From assembly GCA_964187785.1 (NCBI GenBank), contig OZ076409.1, positions 36,768,001 through 36,832,000 on the forward strand: a stretch of DNA of 64,000 nt, written 5' to 3'. Every line of letters starts with the position of its first letter. Position 1 is the first letter of the stretch. Under the pieces are notes generated by a model. It was given only the letters and a program-made list of their open reading frames with translations. It ran no database searches and was not told where the DNA came from. Source of the DNA: Amphiscolops sp. MND2022. Its lineage: Eukaryota. A program made the position numbers and the translations under genes. Shown here piece by piece: positions 39,075 through 49,910 of the stretch.

Positions 39075-40160
39075 CTTACCGCAATTTCAAAGACTTCCGG
39101 AAGCAAGTTCAAATGTTCACGCTCAAAATGAGTTGTTCACGATGGAGGAAGTAGCAAAGTTAAATGAAAGCCCTGATCAAGTTTGAATTTAACAACTTAA
39201 AGAACCAACCTGAAGGCACTTCCATGACGGAAGGTCTGAATTTTCCTCGTTTAGTCGTCACCCGGTGTTTCACTGGAGAATCGGGGTGTTTCGTTGATGG
39301 GGATTTCTCTCCGCTACGTCGGGATACTGTTAGCTGGGACGGTATTATGATTGGAAAGGCACTTTCTGACTGACGTAGACAGCTACTAGTTTCACAGTAA
39401 TATCAGAATTAGAAAGAAGTTGACCGTAAGTCAATTTGACGAGACTATAATTGGCCCACTATAGATATGACTAATACTTTATGTAGCTATATAGACCATT
39501 GGTCACATAGTCTACACGACTTTACTTCTCATATTTCGCACAATGTGTTTGAACTTCTATTTCCGCTTTACTCTGATTAAACTAAAGCAAGACGGATTAC
39601 TTACTAACTACTTTGTAATTTTTATTTATTAATTATGGACGTCGTGGCTACATGCTAAAGATCACCACCTATAACAATCATATCTATATATACAAAATGA
39701 AATTTTCCTTGTTGCGGAACCTGCCAGTGAAGTACTCGGATCAATTTCATTTTCCTTTTCCCATCTTTTATGCGATTATTCTTTCACCATTAGCCTCATT
39801 ATTTCAAATTCATCAGCTTCAGCAGCCATTTTATGCTATTATTATCATCACGCACTGGGATTGGCTACTTGAGTTGGTGCCGCCGAACTGACCGACGGTC
39901 TTTGAAGAAATTTGTTGACAGAGAATTAACAACTATCACACTTATAACGTCAAGTGACGCCTTTGAAGAACTGAATAAAAAACAATATTAAGAGGCAATT
40001 AACAACCCCAGCCGATAAATTGGTTGAAAATCTTTTGCGGAACTAGATAAGAATAAAACCTAAACAGGAAAAGCTAACCGATGGTCCGAGTAAAACCCCG
40101 CGCTTGTTTCCCGCTAGAATCGGGGTTGGACCTAAGGTCAGATAGACCGCAGAAATTTAC

Positions 40161-41078
40161 TTGCCTTATTATCATCTCGAAAACCAGTCGCTTAAAATTT
40201 TCGAAAGCAAAATTGCGAAAAAGATACTTCTCCAACGGTATATCGGTGACATGGCGTTACAATTCAACTGCGATCCCTACCCAAGGTCACTGGTAGATTT
40301 GAGCTACCAATCGTCAGAGGAAGATATGGATGTTGATTCCATAACCTCGACTCATGATGTGCAAGATTCCGTTAGCGACGATGACGACATTCAAGTCTTA
40401 GCTTGCTATCGCATCAGCCCTGAATTTCCCCAGCAATTAGTAGCAGGCCGTGCGATGACCACGGAAATCACCGAATATCTCAACGATCTTAACTTGCCAA
40501 GCAGTGAATTAGTTGAATCCGCAAGTACCTTTTCTGAACCGTCAAATTCCCTAGTGGACTGGTTTATTGGTAATCCACCACCCTCTTATTATGGACAATC
40601 AATTAGCAATCACCCGATCGCACACTGTAGCCAGGTTGACCCAGTGTCGGACTCCCCCCTTTCGCCGCCGCTGATTGATCAGCAACCTACATATGACTCC
40701 CGCCCGGATGACCACCAGTCACTTACTCGGGAAAGTTGGACCAACAATCCCCATATTACAGGACTTGGAATAAGCATGAGCGGGACCTGCGGTCAGCCAA
40801 ATGACGTCTATCATACAGGATGCATTGTGTGCGGTAAGAGTTACCCAGCAATCAAGGAGGAAATTACGCTGGGATATTTAGAGAGCATTCATATTCAAGG
40901 AGAAACATATGAGACGAGAATGGCAAAGCGCTACGCTTTTGAAGCAGGAATGAATGCGGGATCATTCATTCTTGTACCCCGGGGAGTGTCGCAGGCTACC
41001 GCCTGCGATGGCCTACTTTATCAAGTCACCCCGGAAGACGACATTAAATTTCCAGGACCAGGAGTCCTACCGATCTAA
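40161..41078 (+). CDS. Accessory ORF of unknown function running through the PPT into the 3' LTR
   Basis: 305 open codons (first ATG 40251); H-x2-CIVC motif; last 29 codons conserved with synonymous changes in the solo LTR at 48074-48163. Confidence 0.7.
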   Translation: MPYYHLENQSLKIFESKIAKKILLQRYIGDMALQFNCDPYPRSLVDLSYQSSEEDMDVDSITSTHDVQDSVSDDDDIQVLACYRISPEFPQQLVAGRAMTTEITEYLNDLNLPSSELVESASTFSEPSNSLVDWFIGNPPPSYYGQSISNHPIAHCSQVDPVSDSPLSPPLIDQQPTYDSRPDDHQSLTRESWTNNPHITGLGISMSGTCGQPNDVYHTGCIVCGKSYPAIKEEITLGYLESIHIQGETYETRMAKRYAFEAGMNAGSFILVPRGVSQATACDGLLYQVTPEDDIKFPGPGVLPI

Positions 41079-42525
41079 TGGAACTCAAAACTTACGTAAC
41101 ATATTAGTGAGTATTGCTATCTTACTAAACAAACACTTTTTCACGTTATTATGGCGCTTATTTTGATAAATTATGCAATTTTTCTAAACACTCTGACCTA
41201 AGGTCAGTTTGACCGCAATCATTTACTTTTTATTATTTCATATACTGATATGTAAAAATTGTTGATGAACTATTTTGTATATTGTGAACCAATCCATACA
41301 TACAAATATGCAATTAATTGCTTGTTGCAGTTTTGAAATGTAAATTAGAAATCAGTTGAATAAAGCAATGAACTGGTAAAGGTAAAGGAAACGCGTTCAA
41401 CTTGTACAGCGCTGCCGTCAAGTTGACGCGTTGTCCAAAATACTTTTAACCAATCAGATTGCGCCAATAGTATAGTGCTGAAGTCACACGGACGTTAGGT
41501 CCCATTTGCTATTGAAAGCTGTATAATACTCTCAGAAGCATGGAATATTACAGTTCACATGTATTCATTAATATCTGTTTTGTTGTTGCTTCCATTTATA
41601 TATTAGAGGACAAGTGACGTAATGTATCAGTTCACCCTAGTTTCTATTTATAGCCAATATTATGTCATAATTAGGTTGTTGCTATTTTTAATGATGACAT
41701 CATTAGTATTTTTACTCTATGACGTCCAAAATACTGAGTGTCATGGTGATAAAAGTATATAAACGATGGGTCTGATTTTGTAAATTCAATTCAATACTGT
41801 TGCAGCAATACACATACGCATTGTGAAAGTTAGACAAACTGTTCAATTTACTCTTAAAACGCAAATCTCTCATTAAAATCCCTCAACTAGAAAGCAGAAA
41901 GCCAGAGAAAAGCGCTCAAGACAATCAGACGTAATGTCAGACATTGAAAATCTAGATGTAATGTTGGGAAATTACCAGGAAGATGATCAAGTTCGGGATG
42001 AAGATATTGGTAACACTGATTTTGACTTAGAGTCAAGGGGACCTCAGAGAGAAACTAATTCAATTAGCGGAAACTTTAGGTCAATATTGAATACTAATGT
42101 GAGTGAGAATAGTGAAATTACAGTTGAAACTAGTAGAGCAATAAATTCAGAAATTTCTTCGCAAATGTCTAGGAAATTAGATAAAATGAGATCAGATCTC
42201 AATTCGCATATTCTGAATGCAATTGACTCTGCAATTGAAGAGAAAGTGATTCCCAGCATCAGGAATGCATTGGAAAGTCAAAATTCATCAAAAAATACAA
42301 ATACGGACCTTCGGTCAGATGGACCTCATCCGAGTACTTTTCGTCAAGTACGTCCGCAAAGGGACCTTAGGTCAGTTGGACCTCAGCAACAAATTGCTGG
42401 AAAAGCGTCCCAGGATGCTAAGAAAGACTTCCCTAGGTTAGTAACGATGAGTAGTAACCAAATAAATCATCAAAGAAAGAATTCAGCAGATTCTTGTGGG
42501 AGTGATGATGAAAATGGTTACGACA
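40987..42525 (+). repeat. Gypsy 3' LTR (1539 bp)
   Basis: Direct repeat of the 5' LTR; gag ATG lost by a 1-bp deletion near 41880. Confidence 0.95.
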
Positions 42526-42937
42526 TCTGATTTCTGTTCTTGAAACAACCGAGTTACCCTCCTTCAATCTTTAGTAGAAACATCTTTTTGTGCGCATCGA
42601 GGGCTTCTCCGATTTTTCGGCAGTGTGCTACTTATCGAAGATGTTTTTTGAAAAAAAATGATTCCAAAAAGTTTTCCACTCATTTTTTGGTTTTTAAGGT
42701 TTCTGTTTTAAACAAATCTGAAAAAAAAATGAAATCTGAAATATTTTCGAATCTCAAAGGTTTCAATAGTTCCAAAGAAAAGTTTCAATAGTTGCTCCTG
42801 AATGTTTCAAACACTTTGCTCTTTTTGAACCTTGAGCGGTGCGTCGACTTGGGCCATTCCCGGCCTGTTTACATTTTGTGTGAGTGTAAAATGAAATTTA
42901 TCAAATTGGAAAGACTCAATTTTTTGTGTGTTTTCAG

Positions 42938-43093
42938 GATTTCTTGTACAACCAACTGGATAAAGAAGTATACAAGCCAATCATAATCAACTTCTCCGCT
43001 CAGACAAGTGCCAATCAAACACAGGACATCATTATGTCGAAACTGGACAAACGACGGAAAGGAGTTTATGGACCTCCACTCAACAAACGCACA
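42938..43093 (+). CDS. DNAH7: dynein heavy chain exon
   Basis: [31 protein letters not shown]. Confidence 0.92.
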
Positions 43094-43494
43094 GTAGGTT
43101 GTAGTTATGTAGCTGGTGCTTATCTACAATAATAGTTACAACTATATTTGTCAATTTTTTCCTGAGTCATGACTTCAAATCTCGTTCTATTGCTTTTGAA
43201 ATAACATCTCATTCACGGTGAAAAAAAGTCTTTGAACGTGTCAAAAATATATATTTGCAATATTTTTTGATATTATTCAATACTTTCTAAAAGGGCATAC
43301 AAATTATTACTTTCCCACTTTTCCAATGAGGGTTTATTGCGTGTCCTTGGGCATAATCTCCTACCACCATAATTTTGCCGCCACGTAAGATTCGCATGCC
43401 ATCAAGATATCCTGTAGGTTATCCAGACAAACCAATCACTTTTTTATCTGTTCAATATTGAAGGCAGAATATTTTTTGTTTTGTTTTTGCTCAG

Positions 43495-43663
43495 GTGGTG
43501 TACGTAGATGACATGAACATGCCTATGCGAGAGAAGTACGGGGCGCAGCCTCCGGTGGAGCTGTTGAGACAGTGGCTAGATCACTGGCAGTGGTATGACC
43601 GCAAGGACTGCTCCCCCATGAAACTCATTGACATACAGCTCATCGCCTCCATGGGTCCTCCAG
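43495..43663 (+). CDS. DNAH7: dynein heavy chain exon
   Basis: [27 protein letters not shown]...MGPPG. Confidence 0.93.
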
Positions 43664-44161
43664 GTATTGATAACATGCAGGAAAACGCAAGTCTTTGAAG
43701 ATTATTGCTACACTCTTGGCAGGTATCGAAAATTCTGCAAGGAATGTCAGAAAACGTATATCTTGCAATAATCTGCAAAGTTAGGCTTATCTTACCAGAT
43801 ATCTTCCAAGATTGTAGGATATAACCCTTCCATTAATAAATCTTTCAAGGTACACATATCAAGTAAAAACACTAGTTTGAATAAAACCCAATTTTCTTCT
43901 GGAGCCTTTCTTGAATAAAGAAAATTTTCTTGAATTCGTTTCAAATATGCAATGGAAGTTGGCGGAGGCATATTTTTTGTCCTTGGGCAAACACTCGGAA
44001 TTGCTATCGCAAAGGAGGAAATGTCAAAACAACTTCATCGTGTTTCAAAAAACTTTACTTGAAATGAATTGAGCTCCAATCGAACAAAAGATTATTGAAT
44101 AAGATCAAGGGCTCTTAAAACGATGGACCCACAGTAAAATCTTGTATGTGTTTTTGTACAG

Positions 44162-44288
44162 GAGGAGGTCGCAACCCGGTAACTCCCCGGTTCTTGCGTC
44201 ACTTCAACTGCATTGTGATTGACGCCTTCAGTGACCAAACCATGCAGCAGATATTCACAACCATAATGAAGTGGCACTTCTACAACCA
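44162..44288 (+). CDS. DNAH7: dynein heavy chain exon
   Basis: GGRNPVTPRFLRHFN. Confidence 0.9.
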
Positions 44289-45075
44289 GTTAGCACCTGC
44301 CAACATTTCACGTTCAGCCATCAGATCAACTTCATCTTAAACATCTTCTTCATCATTGACGTCCTGTAATGTTATTTTATTCATTGCGATGTCATCAACA
44401 GTTCTAACTGCGAATTGCGCTACGCAAATGAAAGTTTTTTCCGCAATAATGTGGTAAAGATACCAAATAGGATGTGCATTATGTGTACCTTATAGTGAAA
44501 TGTTTGAAGACATGGTACTTTTGGTGAGCACCATAATAATTCGCCAGCAGGCTTGCCAAGCTCGTACCAAGATTCTCCAAGATGTTGGAGCACATTGTTT
44601 TTCGGGAATTTTAAAAAGATTCCATGCTACTAGCTACTGAATTTTTGGAAACTTCTGCCTTCGTGTTTTCACTGATCCTTTGAGTGTGTCTCTGAGAGTG
44701 CTGTCATCTTTCAACAATCCTGTTTTCATTTTATGTTTATCTCATTAGCGACGCTGTGACAATTCTTGTCGTATCGTGTGACATTCAAAGACATTTGATC
44801 ACTTCTTGTCGTGACCTTGTTGTGACCTTTTCAGCTTCTACGAGAGCAGGTAACCTCGCTGCTTTCCATATCAGCAGTTGCTCTACGCGAACACTCAACC
44901 ACTCAACGTACATCTGCAACTCACTGTCACTCGTTTTAAGTTCAGCTCACTTTTACACTGCTAACAATTTTCTGTTTTTTTTTCAGCCAAATATAAGAAC
45001 TCTTCACAAGTTATAGCGTACAAGCCGATCTTCCTAAACTAATGGAAGCAGGCTTGGCTCTATTTACAGGCTGTA

Positions 45076-45300
45076 TTATTTTCCGCCCCCACAATTCGGA
45101 GGAAAGTCGCCACCTGTTGGCTTTTTTTCCAAATTCCGCCAAATCTCCACTTTGTTACTCCATTTAATATGTGGATATTTCAGTCACCGTGCCCACTTGG
45201 TAGTGCGTCCGTCTGGCAAACTGGAGGTCGTGGGTTCGAACCCGGGCTGTAGCCTGAAATTTTTATGGCGGGAAATATCCCGGTGCTTAGCGGGCGTCTT
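45076..45300 (+). mobile_element. Family A repeat copy with tRNA-like core
   Basis: Family A termini; TGGTAG...GGTTCGAACCC. Confidence 0.6.
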
Positions 45301-45538
45301 TTATTTTAAAATGTTGCAATTTGGGGAAAATGTTTGGTCAACAATTGATTGATATACAATAGTAACCTGGTTCTTCAATATGGCGGAATATCAACGCTTT
45401 TCAAGTCCTCAGAAATTAAATGAGAAAGTAATCAATGACTCGAACAATGGTCGACACATTCACCAAAGATGGAAAGTTTGGATGAATAATCTTCAGTTTC
45501 CACCCGATCTTTTATGTACGCGTCGCAATGTCTTTTAG

Positions 45539-45755
45539 TGACTTTCCGGACCACTTCAACCAATTGGGTCTTCAGTTGGTTGAGGCTACCCTGGAGATTT
45601 ACAAGAATGCCATGTTGCAGCTGCTACCCACACCTGCTAAGAGTCATTACCTGTTCAACCTGCGCGACTTCGCCCGAGTCATCCAGGGTGTACTTCTCTC
45701 CACTGCAGAAACAGCCGAGGACAGCGCCAGTCTCAAACGACTATGGGTCCACGAG
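45539..45755 (+). CDS. DNAH7: dynein heavy chain exon
   Basis: LLPTPAKSHYLFNLRDFARVIQG...RLWVHE. Confidence 0.93.
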
Positions 45756-46275
45756 GTCAATAAGTATATACATAACATACGTGTATTGTTTAAAAAACTG
45801 CTAGCAATCCAGGGATAGTTCTGACAAAATGTCCGGATAGCCAGAAGGATCAGTTCCGATCTTGAAGAAGTTAAAGAGAACGTTAGATATTTCGTGACTG
45901 ATGCTAATTTTGAAAGATTCTTTTTGGTCAAAATTGCTTTCTGTATTGAAAAAGGATTGCACGGATGAAAAATAATCTGCTTCACTGCAAACGGAAAGTA
46001 TTACAGTGTTTGAATATATCGTTCAAAGTAATGTATTCAGAAGATGTTTGCTATTTGATTGAAAAAAAGGCTTACATTGCAAGGATTTCCCAAGAATTTT
46101 TCAGTTCTTACCAGATGATGTATTTTTTGTACCTTTTGAGAGAATGTTACAAGATCATTGCTTGAAAACGTATATTTGCAAGATCTTTCAAGGAATGTAT
46201 TAAATGCAAGGATCTTTCAAGATCCTGGCAAGTATGGCATTGTTTCTCAACAGGGTTGGAGATTCTACTTTTCAG

Positions 46276-46467
46276 ATCTATCGGGTATTCTATGATCGGC
46301 TGGTAGACGACGATGACCGCAAATGGCTGCATGAGTTTGTGACAAAGGTCACCAAGGAGAAGTTGAACGAAAACTACACGGAGCTGTTCAAGAGACTTCT
46401 TTCTGACCCCTCCAACACAAAAGTCTCCGAAGACGACATGCGATCTCTCATGTTCTGTGACTTCCAG
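46276..46467 (+). CDS. DNAH7: dynein heavy chain exon
   Basis: IYRVFYDRLVDDDDR...LMFCDFQ|gtaag. Confidence 0.92.
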
Positions 46468-47449
46468 GTAAGAAAAAATACAAAACCTTTCTCATTTTCT
46501 CTCTCCAAGGATATTGCTGTGCTACATGAAATTTTTTGAGTACGACAACAACTCAATCAAATCGCAAAAGATGGGACCGTCGGATGTCGGCGCCACGTTT
46601 AAGGCTCAAAAAGCGCGAAGTCTTTTAATTTTGCTCAGGTAGGCTTTCAAAAAGTTCTGGAAAATCTGAATGTTGAATTTATTTTAAAAAGCCTTTTTTA
46701 ATTGTATAAAAACTCTAGCTAAAAAAACTCTAGCCCAGAAACCCTAAAAATTGAAAAGTTCGAGAAAAAAACATTATGTGAGCGGAATTGTGTTAGCTCG
46801 TGGAATAGTAGATTCTAAACGAATTATTGTTAATGAGTTTTCTTTTTAGGAAGCCGTGGATCGTCGACGACAAAGACAAGCTGAAGCTTACCAGAATAAA
46901 GTGGGTTAACCTTTACTTTTCCAAATGGGTCCAGAGATCAATGAAAGAAAGGCAGTAATAAATTGAAATGTGTATCCTTTCAGATCGGAATCGTAAGTTG
47001 ATTCATTCTTTTCTATCATCAACCAACGCGTTCACACCGAAGTTTAAACTTAGCTGACGTTTAACAATTAAATGCAGTCAATCATTCATGGTATAGCGAT
47101 AAGGTGAACTTTTGGAGCAAAGCTCGAAAACGTCGTCAATTGATTAATGCTCAGCGATTCTGTAATCATAAAACAAAGTAAATTGTTCAACTCGCCAAGA
47201 AAGCATCATTTGGTCAGTGTTTATGGTCACAATATTGTAAGAATAACTTCTTTCAAAAAACAGCGCTCTGGGAGTTTAAAAACCTATCCATTGAATACAT
47301 GAACTTATTTAACTTCATAATAGTTTCTTCATATATCACCAATACTAACACACTTTAACTTTTTGGTTTTGGAAAACCTGGGACATTTCTATTGGAATAC
47401 GGCCTAATAATAAGTTTTTCATATGTACTCCGTTTTGGTTTTGTTGTAG

Positions 47450-47577
47450 GCCTCCAAACTGGACCAGAAGAAATACGAGGAAGTGCTTGACATTTCCTAC
47501 TTGAGGAGTATCGTTGAGGGCTATCTGGATGAGTACAACAACCTCAGCAAGAAACCCATGAACTTGGTTCTCTTCAG
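47450..47577 (+). CDS. DNAH7: dynein heavy chain exon
   Basis: KKYEEV...YLDEYNNLSKKPMNLVLFR. Confidence 0.9.
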
Positions 47578-47613
47578 GTACCCAACCAACCCCTAATTGT
47601 GACTGGTGCTCCG

Positions 47614-47930
47614 TTATTTTCCGCCCATATCCTTCCGGGAGAGGATAGTCAATCTCTAAGTCTCTCACTTTTGCCAAATTTTGCTGTTTTAATTTTTATT
47701 TTCCGCCCAAATTTCATATGGGAAAGGAAAATATTTAAATCAAACGGTTTTTTTACAAAATTTGCCAAGAATTATTGTTCACGTAATATGAAGAAGTACA
47801 TTCACAGAATTCAACTAACATAAATTTAGTTCCATGCGATATGTATTTGTAAAGATTTTTGGACTTAAAACGATTTTGTTGCTCAAATGATTTGGGGCGG
47901 AAATATCCCGCTGGTCCGCGGGCGTCTTGT
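47614..47930 (+). mobile_element. Family A repeat copy
   Basis: Same termini as 18192-18647. Confidence 0.6.
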
Positions 47931-48999
47931 TTTAATAGAAAAGAGAAAGGTCTTCCACAGATTTTACAGAGTGGAAAATTAGGTTCGAAGCAATGTATTC
48001 AATGATTTCTTCCTGAAAAAAAGCTTGGAACAATGTTCCCCAAAGGCATCATAAAGTGACAAAATGCCAAGTGTCGCAGGCTGCCGCCTGTGACGGCAAC
48101 AAGTACCAAGTGGCCCCTAACGACAGTCACTTGTATTACATACCCGGAGTCCTACCTCTGTGATTAGTTGGACAATTGGTCCCTTTGCCTTAAACTTTTT
48201 GACTTGATTTAGTATGTTTAATATGTAAATTATTTTAGTTTACTATTATTGAACATGTAACGTATATTAGTGTTAATGTAAACCAGAAAAGGATGATCGA
48301 TGTTTATCTGTATGATAATTGAAACAGGTACTGTAATTAAGCTGTATGCAATAAAGGAAACGCGTTTAAAGTGAAATTCACTTTGGTCAGTTCGACGCGC
48401 AGTCCATTTTGATTATTATCCAATCACGTGCTAGTATTCATCATTCACTTAGTCTGCCTGTTCAGTTTGTAGTATTTAGTCAAACGGACTACCAGTCCGC
48501 AGTGCTGTAGTTGCTAACGATATTTAGTCGGAAGGACCACCGGTCCGCAAAGACGTAATATTTACATCAGCGTACTGTGCAAACAAGCGCTAACCTTTCA
48601 AGCTACGCACAACGTGATTTGAAAGGCAGACCGCCTGTCAGTCCATATCTCATTCTCCCATTCAAAGACCCATAACCCAAACGATGCTATTTTTAGATAT
48701 GATCCAATAATGACGCAATGTTGACGTCAGGACCTAGTGTCATTTTGACCATGTTTAGTGGCTATTTTTAGTAACATGACCACTGAAATTATGCTTGTCA
48801 TGCACCATTTAGTATAAATAGGTGATTCTCATTGTCCTAGGGACACAACTTTCGAATACGACGATATAAACACAAATCACAAACTGTTGCTCATTGATCA
48901 ATCTTTGTTATTGTTCTGTTCTTTTCATTTTCTCTCAGTTCAAGTTTAGTTAACTGATAAAAGCTCAATACACTTTTTTCTGAGCAATAAATTCTTCAA

Positions 49000-49910
49000 A
49001 TGCCTTCGACGAGAAAGCAAAAGGCTAGGGAGAAGAGGTCAAGACAATCGGACGTGATTTCCGACTTAGAGAATGTAGATATAATGTTAGGAAATTACTC
49101 CAGAAATGAGTTAGATAGTCAGTTAGGAGAAAGAGAGACTGAGTTAGACCTTGAGCCTAATGGCCTTCAAACTGCAAACCCTATTAGTGAAGACTTCAGG
49201 TCACTGAATAATACCAATAGTAGGGAAAATAGCGAAATTACCATTGAGACCGCAAGGCTGATAAATAATGAAATCACGTCCCAGGTGACAAGGAAACTAG
49301 ATGAAATGAGAAGTGATTTGAATACACAAATTTTGGAGGTTATCAACTCAGCACTTACTGAAAAGGTACTACCAAGCATTCAAAACGTACTAGGAGTTAA
49401 AAATTCGGAATCAGACGCAATTAGGGACCCACAGTCCAGTAGACTAAACAGGAGCCCCGAAGATCACTTTGGCCATATGGACCACCAGTCCCAAGGACTT
49501 AATGAGGGCCTCAGAGAATATTCCAATAGTGTGGACCACTGCTCCAATGAACTAAATAACAAGGGCCGTAGAGATCAATCTTGTTACGCGACCCACCGGT
49601 CCAGAGGACTAGATAAAGGCCTTAGAGTCTGTTTTCAGGCCAGACGGACACCAGTTCAATAGACCAAACGACAATTCAGGAGACCAGTATGGTCAAACGG
49701 ACTACAGGTCCCCAAGACAAGACAAAGGCTCTAAAGGTTACAGCGGTGTATTGGCCAACAGGTCCATCAGACCGGATAACAGCTCAGGAGAGCATTTAGG
49801 CCCACAGGACCAACAAAACTGCATGAAAGCAGATAAGAGATTCAGCAGTCATAGAGGTTTGAATACTGAGATCTCAACGGACTCCCAGACCTCAGAACAA
49901 GATTGCGACA
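49000..49910 (+). pseudogene. Gag N-terminal segment encoded by the solo LTR (frameshifted)
   Basis: MPSTRKQKAREKRSRQSDV identical to the Gag at 27600; 220-aa ORF, then a second frame ending ...EQDCD at the LTR end. Confidence 0.85.
49425..49812 (+). repeat. Degenerate ~54-bp tandem array (7-8 units) inside the LTR-encoded Gag
   Basis: Each unit starts with a GGACYnnnRGTCC-like palindrome (49425, 49479, 49533, ~49590, ~49646, 49699, 49753). Confidence 0.75.

Larger units (their letters stand above)
26712..42525 (+). mobile_element. Gypsy/Ty3 LTR retrotransposon, 15.8 kb, with accessory genes
   Basis: LTRs 26712-28248 and 40987-42525 (TGTCG...CGACA); 5-bp TSD TCTGA (26707-26711, 42526-42530); PBS TGGTGACAGGAG at 28249; PR-RT-RH-IN order. 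Confidence 0.96.
48072..49910 (+). mobile_element. Solo LTR (1839 bp) of a related Gypsy family
   Basis: Perfect terminal inverted repeat TGTCGCA...TGCGACA; 5-bp TSD CCAAG (48067-48071, 49911-49915); homologous coding blocks at both ends. Confidence 0.93.

Noticed and set aside
39023..39079. Possible 57-bp 5' intron of the antisense gene (GTAAGA...TTTCATTTAG)
   Set aside because: Good splice signals, but the upstream in-phase frame has a stop; it could be a UTR intron and is left unmodelled.
39652..40020. Hydrophobic short ORF as a possible env remnant
   Set aside because: Short, interrupted by stops, with no furin site or fusion-peptide pattern; cannot be called.
41934..42530. 198-aa ORF as a separate gene
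   Set aside because: It is the 3' LTR copy of the Gag N-terminus; the native ATG is deleted and the stop comes from the TSD.
45185..45250. tRNA gene
   Set aside because: A and B boxes are present but no convincing cloverleaf; it lies within a dispersed repeat.
49425..49812. CRISPR-like array (palindromic repeats with spacers)
   Set aside because: Eukaryotic LTR context, degenerate repeats, mutually related spacers and no cas genes.
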